A stretch of 64,000 nt of DNA from Felis catus. Its lineage: Eukaryota. The stretch spans positions 35,590,001-35,654,000 of the forward strand of contig NC_058368.1 in assembly GCF_018350175.1 (NCBI RefSeq). The letters are read 5' to 3'. The notes under the pieces are model-generated. The model had not been told where the DNA came from and did not search any database. It was given only the letters and a program-made list of their open reading frames with translations. Shown in pieces: positions 25,270 to 38,289 of the stretch. Position numbers and translations under genes: made by a program. Positions within the stretch are counted from its first letter, which is position 1; each line of letters begins with the position of its first letter.

Positions 25270-27560
25270 AGCAATTTGCAAAACAACATCGGTTGTATGA
25301 TTCCATTTATGTAAAAATAAGTATTACATATAATGTATGTTTATATATATATATATGATATTATACGTATGTATAATGGAAAAATCTATCTATCTATCTA
25401 TCTATCCATCCTAAAGAAAATGAACTGGAATCTGTTACCTCTGGTCACTCCTGGGCAAGGGAATGGAAAATAGAAAGAGAGCAAAAGGTCACCGTGATGT
25501 TTCAATCTGTATACTTATGTAAGTCTTGAATCATTTATCACAGATGTATTATTATATTTATCTAAGGCACTACCAATAAGTAAAATAAAATGAAACAAAA
25601 TAAAATATTTAGCCTAAAATAATTTTTTAACTAATTTTAGAATGGTTTCACTCATCAGGTGGGGGAAAAAAACTTCTGAATGTGGGTACCCCAAACTGAG
25701 GGGGTTGTAAGGAAATGGGTACTCTTTGCATTGTCAGTAGCTCAGGAGAAAACTTATTAAGACATATCAAAAGGCTCAAAAATGATCAAATCCTTTGAGT
25801 AATTCCATTTCTAGTGATCAATTCTAAGGGAAAAAAATTAGAGCTTGTAGTGCAATTTACATAAAAGAACTCCTATCACATTATTTGTAAAGTTAATTTT
25901 TATTTCTATCAATGAAATACATGCACTTGGTTTAAACATGAAGTAGGTTGTAACGTTTATGGTGAACACAGCAGGCCCTGCTCCAACATTTCCGATCTCT
26001 CTAAGCCCATTCCTCAGATTCTGCCTCCCCTCCGATCTTTGGTAGGTTTCTTTGAATGTGTCACTCCATGTTTTTCGATACTACACTATTTTCCTGCTAC
26101 TTCTCAGTTCATCAGTTTTAGGTGTAGCATATTGATTCTACTATGGTGGCTGAGACTTCAGCTCTCCTGCATCATCATCCCCACTCATCCTTACTTCCTG
26201 TCCTCTCTTCCTCTCAGTCCTATTATAGCACAATCTTTCTTCTCTATTATTGTAACTCTGTAAGTATTGGATTGAGTCAAGAAGTGAGCTATGATTACAT
26301 GTCCTTGCTTGTACAGTATTTTTTCTAAAGTTAATCACTGCTTTTCCTTTTCTATGTAACTCTTTCTAATATTTTCCCCATGTTTCCAGATGTTTAACTC
26401 TTCTTCAGTCAACTCCTCCTCAAAGAACTTCCTAGGGTTTCTCTTTCCTGTTTCTCTCATGTTAAATACAGACTTATTTTTTTTTTATCTTCCTCTTTTT
26501 TTGTGTACCCCATCCTTTGCTTGTGTGTATCTTTCTCTTGGGAGGGAAAAACGGAAGACCCCTTTAAAAAAAAAAAAGAATTGTATATCTGGGGGTGCTT
26601 GGGTGGCTCAGTTGGTTAAGCACCCAGCTCTTGATTTCAGCTCAGGTCATGATCTCATAGTTCATGAGTTCAAGCCCTACATAAGGCTCTGTGCTGATAG
26701 CATGGAGCCTACTTGGGAGTCTCTGTTTCCCCCTCTCTCTGCCCCTCCTTGCTTGTGCTCACTCTCTCTTTCTCTTTCTCTCTCTCTCAAAAATAAATAA
26801 ACATTTTTTATAAAGAATTGAATATCTGAAAAATATTTTATGGCTTCTTATAATAATTTAAGATAATTTCCTCTTTTTTTGTTTTTCTCTTATTAGTTTG
26901 CTCTCGGACATTCTGCATTGATTTTCTAATTTCTTACACTGTCCTCCATTTTCTGTTTGTTGTATTTTCTGAGGATTCCTCAATTTCATCCTCCAATCCT
27001 TTTATTGAATTGTTTATTCTACTACCATATTTCCTATTTTAAGGGCTCTTTCTAATCCCTTGATTTTTTTTTATAGCCTCTTGTGTTTGTTTTATGGAGG
27101 TAGTATCTTTTATTGCTCTGAAGATATTAAATATAGATTTTTGTTTGTTTTCTTCTGCATTGTCTCTTTTTTATGGGTCCTTTTTTAATTTGTTTGTTTG
27201 TTTTTCTCTTTAATGTTGGATGAGTCCCTCACATATATAGTGATCCTTAGCTGAACATTCACATTTAAGGCTGGCAATTCCAAAGTTGCTGATTAGAAGC
27301 TCAGCGTTCATGAGTGTGATGCACATGGGTATGACTTGCCCACCCATGAGCCTAACGAAGGTTTTTAGCTCCGGAGTAAACATGGCTTTTAGTGAGACAT
27401 ACATGTCAATATCGAGATCTCTTCTCTGGAAGGGTTAAGTTTCTCCAAAAATTGTCTCATCCCCTGGTGGGAACAAGGGGAATCAGTGAAAAGTCACCGT
27501 ATAACTGGCTATTAGTGTTCTTGAAAAGCAGGGCAGGGGAACACAGCTGAAGACTCAAAG
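25270..27560. mobile_element. Cluster of very old L1M/L1ME/HAL1-like fragments
   Basis: gtatgattccatttat 3' motif on plus; T-rich ORF1-like antisense stretches; boundaries approximate. Confidence 0.45.
26591..26812 (+). mobile_element. Can-SINE
   Basis: ggggtgcttgggtggctcagttggttaag head; TSD aagaattg[t/a]atatctg. Confidence 0.93.
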
Positions 27561-29172
27561 ATTAATGCATTTTAATGCCCTGCCTTCAGCTCTGTACCCT
27601 ACCCACTCGCTCCTCCCACTTTCCGTGGCGGTGCCAGTACAAGTACTATGAAACCTCCTGTTACTACAAGAGGGAGGCAGACAAACTGACAGTCCAGTGT
27701 AGAGCCTGAAGGAAACATTATGTTACTGAGATGGTGTGCCTTACTCCTCAAGTGCGTGGGGCTGGAGTCCTTTGCATGACCAGTGTAGTTTATTGACACT
27801 TAAGGTTTTCTAAAGATGGATCCTACTCTTAGGACTAACTCTGGCCAACATAAGGAGATAAAATGTTGTAAGCTGGATAAAAAGTACCAGGCAGCAGCCT
27901 CACATAGAGCTATATTGCTAACATAAATCTTCTTGGTAGCTGGTCTGGAACTCACTGTTTCTGTGTATTGAATTTTAGCCTATTTTTATAGTCATGCATT
28001 CCTATAAAGACGCTTATTACAGACTGCAAAGACCTGATTATGAAGAGTAGCTGCAGAAAATGAATTATGCAAAGGAAAGACCTTGCATTCTTAATAAATA
28101 TACTTGTTAACAAATATGCAGCAAAGAAACAACAGGCTGAGAACCACTACCCTAGAAATCAATGCTTATTATTCTAAGGAGAGGTTCATTTAGAGATAAG
28201 CTGTATCATTTGGCAAACACATGTGAATGACATCCTGCAGCTGGAGCAGACGAAATGTGTTTAGCCCATGAGGGTTTTACCTTGTGCCACCACTGGGAGA
28301 GAACCAAAAAAGTTTTTTCAGCCCCTCTTGCTGGACTCTTGGTTCAAGTTAGGCTGATGTCAGGATCTAGGCGAAACTCACTCCACACCTTCCTTGGTAC
28401 TTTGCTCAAAGAGTTAAGGAGAAACATCCAGAAGGCGTGTTCAGAGATGGCTTTGGAGTGACCTGGGGGACTTGGGGTCCCTATTTCTAGTCACTCCCAC
28501 CCTGAGAGTAAGTGATTTCTTGCTGTGAATAACCGAAATGCTGCCTCACTGAACTTTTCCATATGTGTAAGAAATTTTGTAATGTACAATCCAAGGGAAG
28601 TAGGCTTAGTACAGTCTTCAATGGACACATACAGCAATTCAAATATTTATTAGATGTAATGCCACCTATCTACCCATGTATATATCTACCCATGTTTATT
28701 ATAAGTGTTTAAATTATCCTATGGAATGTCCTTCAATCTTCAATAAGTACCCTGTTGTATATTAACATGTAAATATTACTCCATCTTAGCACTGGTTATA
28801 ATTGTCTATTAATACATCTATCTCCCTTCCGGACTCTTATGAAATCATAGATGGGGCATCTGGGTACATAGCCTATGCTGACTACATACTTGCTGCATGA
28901 AGGACTGACTTACAATTTCTTTATTAAATCTTCTCACAAAGCTATCCTCACTTCTCATTCCAGCTTGTAAATAGTCTAGGGGAAAGTGTGGGTGTATAAA
29001 TAGGAGACAGAGTGGATATGGATCAAATTGTCAAATGAATTTGACTCTTTTCATGTACATAAACCCATTTTTGGAGCTGACTATTGAAAAACACAACTGC
29101 AACTTCTGAGACGTATTGAGACAAATGTAAGTTGATATAAACACCTTAGCAAACAGATTGACACTATCTTTT

Positions 29173-29355
29173 TTTTTTAAGACAGAGAGAGAGAGAGAGA
29201 GACAGAGAGTAGGGGAGGTGGGCAGAGGAGAGACAAAGAGAATCCTAAGGAAGCTCCACACTTAGCATGGAACTTGATCCCATGACCCTGGAGTTATGAC
29301 CCTGAGCTGAAATCAAGAGTCTGACATTCAACCAACTGAACCATCCAAAGGCCCC
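29173..29355 (-). mobile_element. Can-SINE
   Basis: Reverse SINE with (GA)n; TSD aca[c/t]tatctttt. Confidence 0.9.
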
Positions 29356-29621
29356 AACATTATCTTTTAAAGTTGAATTTACATCCTATATTCACAATTT
29401 GGTAATTCCATTCCTATGGTCTTAAGGAATTCTTGCTCACTACATACATACATACACAAAAGAACATGCGCACAAAAGTCTATTGCAGCTTTCTTTATAA
29501 CACCAGAGAAATGGTGTTATACCTAAGTGTCAATTGATAAGAGAGTGTGGAAATGATGAAATAGTGACTGAGCAGATATGAACTCAAGCTACATACACAA
29601 TAAAGGTGAATCTTAGAAACA

Positions 29622-30413
29622 TGTGATGGTTAGTTTTACATATCATCTTGGATAAGCCCTGGTGCCCAACTGTCTGGTCCAAACACTAGTCTAGATGTTG
29701 CTGTGAAGTACTTTTTAGATACGATGAAAATTTTTAATCAGTAGACTTTGAGTTAAGCAGATTACCCTTCATAATGTGTGTGAGCCTCATCTATTCAGTA
29801 GAAGGCCTTAAGAGCAAAGACTGAGGTTTCTTAAAGAAAGAATTCTGCTTCAACGCTAAAACATAGGAACCCTGCCTGAGTTTCTATTTCCCACCTGCCA
29901 GCCTGGCTTATAAATTTTAGACTTGCCAGCCCCTGCTGTCAAATAGTTAATTCCTTAAAATGTATATATTTCTTTTTGTTTTAATTTTTTTTTTACATTT
30001 ATTTATTTTCGATAGACAGAGAGAGACAGAGCACAAGTGTGGGTGGAGCAGAGAAAGAAGGAGACACAGAATCCGAAGCAGCCTCCAGGCTCCGAGCTGT
30101 CAGCACAGAGCCCTACATGGGGCTTGAACTCACAAACCGTGAGATCATGACCTGAACTGAAGTCGGACGCTTAAGCGACTGAGCCAGCCAGGCACCCCTA
30201 AATGTATATATTTCTTACTATAAATTAAATATAACATAATATATATATATATATGTTAACATATATATATATAGTATAAATATAACATAATATAAATATA
30301 AAATATATGTTTTTACCTTATACCTTATACCTCCTTTTTACCCAATGGAAGATATTATACCTGTATAATAAAACCTATTGGATCTGCCTCTGTGGAGAAC
30401 CTTAACTAATACA
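29622..30413 (+). mobile_element. ERVL solo LTR, MLT2D-like, interrupted by a SINE
   Basis: Starts tgtgatggttagtttta, ends ggagaaccttaactaataca; 5-bp TSD AAACA at 29617-29621 and 30414-30418. Confidence 0.88.
29975..30199 (-). mobile_element. Can-SINE (feliform type)
   Basis: gagacacagaatccgaagcagcctccaggctccgagctgtcagcacagagcc; 17-bp TSD aaatgtatatatttctt at 29958-29974 and 30200-30216. Confidence 0.95.
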
Positions 30414-32359
30414 AAACATAAATACCAATAATAAAGCATATAAAACTACATACGGTGGTACTTTAGTGTCATATCTATAGAGCCCAAAAAGAAGGAAGGC
30501 TAAACAATATTATGTTTAGTGATGTATACATAGGTAAAAATATATATTTAAAAGAATGGTTACTCCACACATGCATGAATTCACGGTATCTCTGTGCAAG
30601 GAGTCAGGGGGAGGAGCATAGACTTTCCTTTTACATGGTGTCGATAATGTTCCAGTTCTTAGGTAGGGTGGTAGGTTTATGAGTATTCATTTTATTATTA
30701 TACCTTATATTTTTATATGTATATTAAACAGTCTTTTTATGAGACCAATATTCTAGGATTAAAACATTTTTTAATAACAAATCTTATAGGCCCCTATATA
30801 AAAGAACATTGTGCTGAGCTCCCTTTGCTGGCTTAGCCACTGTTTTTAACATAAAATATTTCCTCTTGGAAGCCTCTGCCTATTCCTTTTTCTTTAGCAG
30901 CACTCTTTCCTCTTTTATCCTTGTCCCACTTGTACTTTTCACAGCTTCTAATCCATTAACCACTCTGACATATGGATTTAAATGCCCTTCTTATTACACT
31001 CTGTTGGATTCAAGTTCTCCAGGTCTGATTTTCCCAACTCTGTTTCATAATCGGTAGCTTTTCCTGTAGCCCTTATTTGCTACCCGCTCATCTTGTTGGA
31101 CTGCCTTTCCCTTACATTCATTCTGCCTAGACTCTGAACTATATCCTGAGAGTACAATATCCCCTGTCGACAACTTGGGCTTTGATTACTTCTCCCCTTA
31201 ACCTTGTTCTTTTGGTTAAGTAATTCTTCTTGGCCAAAAGTTCACACCTGTTCCCCCAAGTTTCTTTCCTTCAATTCTCTCTTTGACCTTCTCTAATCCG
31301 GCTTTTACCCACTTCACTCCATTGAAACACAAAGCTCCCAATTACCTCCTCCTCAGGGGCTAAGCCTCCTGGCCTCTGTGCCAGCCTCAGCCCCCTTGAC
31401 CTCACAGCTGCCTTTGATCTTGTGAAACACTCTCTCCTTGGGTCAGTTGACAACTCCCACAAGGGCCAAGCAGAATGTGTTCCTTGCCTAGAATGTGGAG
31501 GAGTCAGCATGCAGCTGTCTGCCCAGAGCATTTTGCATGCTGCAAAGTAGCTCTCAGCTAAAAGAGGGGAGTCTTGAGATGAGAATTCGTTTTTCATTTA
31601 AAAGCTGAATAAAGGATTGATCATGCGGGCTAGAGTAACTTAGGGAAAGAAAAGAGCTGTCGATGATTAGAAAATGCAGACCTTCTTTCAAATAATTTTT
31701 CAGGAGTTTAACAAATAGTTGTATAAAGTGAAATTTTTGAAAGAATTTGAATTCCAAAGCTCACTGTAATAATTTGTCTCTGTGTTGTTGTTGTTGTTGT
31801 TAATTTTCTAAGCAGCATATTTGGGTTTTAGTTTCATAGCTAAATACATGAGCAGCATATTTGGACTTTTTTATTTGATTGCTTTGTATTCAGATGTAGA
31901 AAAGGCTAGAAATAATCTTTTCTTCTCTGAAATCATACTAGAAAAAAATTCCTTTATGGCCTTTATTGAAACTTACCATATATTAAGATGGAATGTATTA
32001 TTAATAATACAGTTGCATGAATTTGAGTTGATAATGTGCACTTGGATATTCAAGATATTCCCTCCTAAAATATCTCCAAGTTACTCTTGTTGATTTATCT
32101 CTATAATTTCATACACTTAAGCTAAACAGGACTCTTTTCTCCCATATGCCTTTACTTTCCCTCCTCCTCATCTTTGCTCCTGAAGCTTTTTGGGTTTTTG
32201 TTAATTTGTTGGTTTGTTTTTTCCTGACTTTAAGACCTCCTTGTTCTCTCATTTCCACTGGTCAAAATTTCTCCCATTATTTGACCAGCAGTAATACTTG
32301 GCTTATACCCTTTCTGACCTTATTGTGTTTGGTTTATGCATTTGCTATAGTATTTAAAC

Positions 32360-33003
32360 TTTTATTTGGAAATACTTTTGAACTCACAGAAAAGTTTCAA
32401 AAATAATGCAGAGCATAATACTCTTGCATGGATATACAAATTTGCCATATTTGTTAAATCTCTTTCTTTCTCTGTATGCATGTGTTGTGTATAGTATTTC
32501 CCTCCTGAACTTCCTTAGGATAGGTTGCATTTATCATGCCCCTTCAGCCCTTAACATCTCAATACGTATTTCCTAAGAACAAAGCTATTATTTTATGTAA
32601 CCATGGTAGAGTATTCAACTTCAGGAAATTTAACACTGATACTATACTTTTTATCTAAAGAGTCCATGTTCCAATCGTGTCTCTTGTGCTCATAAAATCC
32701 TTAAAAATTTTTTTGGTGCAGAATCCAGTCTAAGATCACCCATTGCATTTAGATTGCATTTAATCTAAGTCATGTCCTTAGTTGGCACTTTGCACCTAAT
32801 AAGCATTCTGGAAGTAGTCATGTGAAGAACATGAAAATATCCTGCTCTTCATTATTCTCTTCCCCTATATTTAGTATCCACTGATGATTTTTGCCCAAAT
32901 CAATCTTTACCATGATAACTGTAAAATGGTGAGTTTCCAATTCTACTGCTCCACCCACATTTATTGTCTGGATAAGACTTTAAAGAAGAGCCCTCAGTCT
33001 TAC

Positions 33004-33050
<47 letters not shown>

Positions 33051-33290
33051 ATTTAATCATTATCAATGTAGTCTCATAGATTCCTATTTTATTCACTGGG
33101 TTACTGTCCTTATTTATTTTGATGCTTAAAGTTGTCTCTGATTTGGCCAGCAGAAGCCCCTTCAAGCTGGCTTCTGTATGCTTTTGTTACGTCCATGCAT
33201 TTTCAGATCACTTCCTGAAGTGGTCTTGCAGGATGACACTTACTGGTCTTGCAGGATGATCCAGACTCATCTCACCCTTCTCAGCCCTGT
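32360..33290 (-). mobile_element. Ancient L1MC-type 3' UTR, containing a (T)51 run at 33007-33057
   Basis: cagaaaagtttcaaaaataat...tatttcctaagaacaa...gatttggccagcagaagccccttcaagctggcttctgt. Confidence 0.7.
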
Positions 33291-33680
33291 GAACAGCTAT
33301 TTATTCATTCATCTCACAAGCATTATTTTAGTATCCGCCACGTACCAGGCACTCTTCCAGGCTTCACAGATATGGTGATAAGCAGATCTAGTCATCATCC
33401 TTTTCTTAATGGAATTTACAGTTAAGTGGATGATATGGACATTAAAATATTCTTTCCCCATGTCTTACACTCATTCATCCTATCCCAGTGTGGTGAAGTA
33501 CATGAATTTCTCACAAATCGGATTGCATGCTTACCGAATGAGTCTTAAGTCTTATTTTTCTGGTAATCTCCAAATTTCTCCTTGTCAGAGTCTGGAGCAG
33601 GGTGATTCTGCAGGCTTGAAAGAAGAGGCTCTAAGTCTAAGGTTGTCTTCAGCCAGCAGGGAAGGTTTTACAGGAAGCTC

Positions 33681-33753
33681 TGTCCTGGGACTTGAACCCA
33701 TGACCCTGAGATTGAGAGTTGTGTGCTCTACCAACTGAGCCATCCAGGCACCC
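33681..33753 (-). mobile_element. Short tRNA-Lys-like Can-SINE head without tail
   Basis: Reverse complement gggtgcctggatggctcagttggtagagcacacaactctcaatctcagggtcatgggttcaagtccc, with A- and B-box-like motifs. Confidence 0.75.
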
Positions 33754-33911
33754 GCATGCTCTTCTTAACTTTCACATCGAAAAGGACATCTTTGACCATC
33801 CCACCAAGACCCTCACTCACACTGTTCATTCCTTCAACATTACCTTTACAGTCTGAAACATAGAACCTTGAAGAACATGGCAGGAAGCTTAGATTTTTGT
33901 TTAAGGACTCT

Positions 33912-34273
<362 letters not shown>

Positions 34274-34982
34274 CCATTGTGACATTTAAGGTAACTGATG
34301 ATAGATATACCTCTCTCTTGAGCTACAAAAAGTAACAACCTAGACAAAAAAAATTAGCCCCTTTACCTCTATAATTTGGAAAGCTTGTTTGAAATCTGAA
34401 AACCTCGAAATAAACAAATCATTGCACACAGATTCAAAATAAATAAAATGTCTCATGGTGAGTCTTTAAGCACAACCTCTTGTCTGATTTAGGGATGCAA
34501 CTTCCTGCTTTGGTCATGCTGTTTTAAAGTATTAGTGTGACTGTTAGTTATACCTCAGGGACTTTTGAGAATGTAATTTACAACATTTAATATAGATGAA
34601 ATGTGAATGTTTTTCATACCCAGTTGTGCAAAGCTAAATGCATAAGAGCAGCTGACTGAAAAAAGTGTATTTGTGTTAGCAATGCTCAATTCTGAAGACC
34701 TTTCCATGACCCTACCACTTTCTCTTATTTATGTAAAAAGTGGTGAGAAGCAGCAACGTGTCCCAGAAGGAGAGGTATCCTGGAGACTTCAAAGCACATA
34801 TATTGTAGGAAGTTGAGGCCTTGAGAAAAAATATAATCAATTCATCTGAAAATTGGACAGTAAAATAATCAAATTGTGATTGCTTTACTCACCAACAGAT
34901 AAAAGTATCTATAATCAAGATTGGAGACATTTTTCTCTCTAAAAAAAATAGATATGAAGAAACAATTAGCATAAGCTTCTTT

Positions 34983-35224
34983 TATTTTTATTTTTTTATT
35001 TAAAAATTTTTTAAAAATGTTTTATTTATTTTTGAGACAAAGAGAGAGACAGAGCATGAGCGGGGGAGGGGCAGAGGGAGAGAGTGAGACACAGAATCCG
35101 AAGCAGGCTCCAGGCTCTGAGCTGTCAGCACAGAGCCTGACTCGGGGCTTGAACCCACATACCCTGAGATCATGACCTGAGCTGAAGTCGGATGCTTAAC
35201 TGACTGAGCCACCCAGGTGACCTG
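34983..35224 (-). mobile_element. Can-SINE (feliform type)
   Basis: Full reverse SINE; TSD gcataagcttcttt at 34969-34982 and 35225-35238. Confidence 0.95.
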
Positions 35225-35384
35225 GCATAAGCTTCTTTTAAATTACTTTTTTTTTTCTGATGATAAAAGGAACACATTTTTTAAAAAAAATATGAGACGC
35301 TGAATTGCAAAAAGAATGAAATAAAGTAAATTTGCTATAGTCTCACTATCCAAGTATACTAATAACTGCTATCATTTCTAAAAA

Positions 35385-35415
35385 AATTTTAATTTTAGAG
35401 TGAGCAGGGAAGAGG

Positions 35416-35469
<54 letters not shown>

Positions 35470-35589
35470 CTTAAGCAGGCTCCAAGCTCAGCACAGAGCC
35501 CCACACAGTGATCCCACGACCCTGGGATCCTGACCTGAGCTGAAATCAAGAGTCAGACACTCAACCAACTGAGCCATCCAGGTGCTCCC
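35385..35589 (-). mobile_element. Can-SINE
   Basis: (GA)n tract followed by gacctgagctgaaatcaagagtcagacactcaaccaactgagccatccaggtgc. Confidence 0.92.
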
Positions 35590-37151
35590 AACTATTATTA
35601 TTTTGATGTGACTGAGAGAATTGGGGTGAGACAATAAGGAGAATTCTACATTCTGGCTTTTGTAATCACTTTCTATTCTGAGCATTTCTCCTTGTCCTTA
35701 AATAATCTTCAAAATCATGATTTTCAGTGCCTACATTTTATTTCAGCATACACATACACCTCATTTGTTCAACAACTTTCTGGTTTATGGAAATGTAAGT
35801 TGTTTGCAATTGTTAGTCATAATGAACAATGTTGTGGATTTCTGGTGTAAAAAATGGCAGATTGACTATTCACACTTTAGCCTTCTGCTTCCCCAAACCC
35901 TGCTAAAATTTCAAAAAAGGGGCATTAATCCACAAGGCAAAACAGAGTGAAAAGGAGAACTCAACAAATTATAGATAATATATTCTATGGAAGATTGAAA
36001 GAGGACAGAGGAGAGTAACTGGCTTAGAAGACAAAGAGATGACCCAAAGGCTTGTGGGGAAGGTTCCAATGAGAAGCCAACCAACTGACCCCAGAAAATG
36101 CTGAGATGCTCAGCCCTTGGAAATATCTTGCTATTTCTTCCCTATAGATGACCTTTCTTAAACATCTCTCCCTGCAATACCCATGCAAGATTGACAACAC
36201 ACTTTGAATTTACACAGTGTTATAAGTCAACTATATTTCAATTTAATTAATAATTGACTGATAATTAGTTTTCTTTCACCCTTTAAAAACATGACACTCT
36301 TGTCCTTGACCAAGAATCAATAAGCGCTCAAAGGGCCACTTGCAAAGAGGGATGGGTGGGTCAAGTAGAACTCTTCATCAGAAGAGAGAATATTCTAGTT
36401 GATCACTGGTTATTTGGGAAGGCCCTTTATTTTTAATACGAAGTAGGATATAGGGTGTAGTCACATCCTATATTGAGATCTTCCCCTCCCCTTTCCAACT
36501 CTCACTCTGCATTCCTCTGTCCAGTTTCTCATGAGTTCTCATTTTGGTTCACAAAGCAACAACTTGCCTTTTTTTGGGTAAACACCTTTTCCAATCTACT
36601 ACTCTCTGGTATTTCATTTCACTACACCTCTAAGCCCACTGCCCTTTTATTTGCATGCAATGTAGATTATAAATTTTTTTTTCAGTAAATATGCTGAAAA
36701 TCTTTAAACACACAATTTATTGTGTTATGGTAGGAACTATAAGTCTATTTATATGACTTTGAAAGTAGCCCAGCTTACATCAGCAAGTTTAATAAGAGCT
36801 TCTGATGATAGAATAAGTGCTTCTTATTATGTTCAAATCTGAGTGCTTGGTTTTTGACACTTTTCCTTGGTATAGGTAACACACTTTTGAAGGATTTCTA
36901 CCTCCATGCTATAATAGCTTCTCTATTACTGCATTTATCACTTTACACTGTAACTATTTGTTCACGGAACTGCCTTACATGTTAGCCTATGAGATCACCA
37001 AGGTCAGGAACTGTATTTTCATTCCTTCAACACATAGTTTTTGAGCACCTGCTACATCTCACACAGTGTGATAGGAACAGGAAATATAGTGATGAACAAG
37101 ATAAACATGGCTTATTTAGGTAAATACAGTGTGGTCCGAACCCCAGTCTGG

Positions 37152-37645
37152 TATGTTACTCAGCCATTGCCACAGTAATGCTGTATAACAAACCATTCCA
37201 GAACTCAGTGGCTCACAATAACAAGAATGTGTTCTCATGCACATGGGTCTTCAGGTTCTGCATAGTTTGGTTAATCCAGGCTGGACTCCTATGGGAGGTT
37301 TTGCCTCAGGCTGAAGGATGGCTAGACCTGGCTCCCCACTGTAATTTGGGTTCAAGTCTAAGACATTTGCGTTGAACCTAGGGCACAGCCTTCTCATATC
37401 ATGCTCTCCTCATGGTGGGTCATTAGAGCACAAAATGTCAAATACATGGAGCAGATGAAACGTCTGTTCCATATTTATTGACTTTTCACTGGCCGAAACA
37501 AGTCTCACGACCAAGCCCAACAACAATGAGGCAGGAAAGGTCCCCATGTGCAGGGACACTGCACAGTTCCATGGTAAAGGGTGAGATTTATACTTCCAAT
37601 AGAGTGGGTGTCAAGAATTGCAGAATATAATGCAATCTGCTACAC
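37152..37645 (-). mobile_element. MaLR solo LTR (MLT1H/I-like)
   Basis: attgccacagtaatgctgtataacaaacca...aactcagtggct; cactggccgaaacaagtc...accaagcccaa; ends tgcaatctgctaca. Confidence 0.75.
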
Positions 37646-37904
37646 TAGATCACTGTTTTTGTTATAGCTGATCATCATACCCTGTAGTGCTTCCCTTTAA
37701 ATTATTCCTCATAAATAATTTGTTCAGTATTTGTCTCCCTACTCCTTGGTAAGCTCCATAAAGATAGAGATTCTGCTTTATTCACTAGTTATTTACTAAA
37801 TTATCCTTTACACACAGTAACTGCTCAATAAATTAATATTTGATTAAATTGAATTCATAAGTGTCATGATAAGGACCTTCAGAGAGCTAATAGAGCATAT
37901 GGAA

Positions 37905-38095
37905 CAGAGGTTTGTGCCATTTCCTGCTCATTGTTATCACCTGGGGAACTTTAAAACTCTCCATGCCTGTTCTTCGCCCAGCCCATTCAAGAGGAACCTC
38001 CCAGCTTTAATCTCTGAAAGTGGAGACTGGGTCTTGGTGGGTTCGCAATGTATACCAGGTGATTCTAATATGTAGCCAGGGATGAGAATCACTGA
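37905..38095. mobile_element. MER5-like hAT-Charlie MITE
   Basis: atcacctggggaactttaaaa...ccaggtgattctaatatgtagccagggatgagaatcactg. Confidence 0.7.
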
Positions 38096-38224
38096 GTGAT
38101 TCTGACTCAAACCTGACTCAGATTTGGGCAATCAGGGAAGACCTCATGGAGTACATGGTATTTAAGCGCATGCTGGTTAGTAGGTTTTGCCCTGCTTTGG
38201 GGGGTGAGGGCAGGGTGGAGGACA

Positions 38225-38289
38225 GTGGAGGCTTTTCCGTGGAGGCTTTTCCGTGGAGGCTTTTCCGTGGAGGCTTTTCCGTGGAGGCT
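38225..38289. repeat. 14-bp minisatellite (GTGGAGGCTTTTCC)x4.6
   Basis: Four perfect units starting at 38225, 38239, 38253 and 38267, plus a 9-bp partial unit. Confidence 0.97.

Noticed and set aside
27950..28050. Possible minus-strand exon (ttttctgcag ... ACA|GTGAGT)
   Set aside because: Unrecognisable peptide, modest splice signals and no partner exons.
28667..28695. tatctacccatgt duplicated
   Set aside because: Ordinary short tandem duplication with no further structure.
33681..33753. Possible tRNA-Lys gene
   Set aside because: Has the SINE-type GGGTGCCTGG leader, a mismatched anticodon arm and no acceptor-stem 3' half; a SINE relic.
38225..38289. CRISPR-like repeat array
   Set aside because: Units are contiguous without spacers and the DNA is mammalian; it is a minisatellite.
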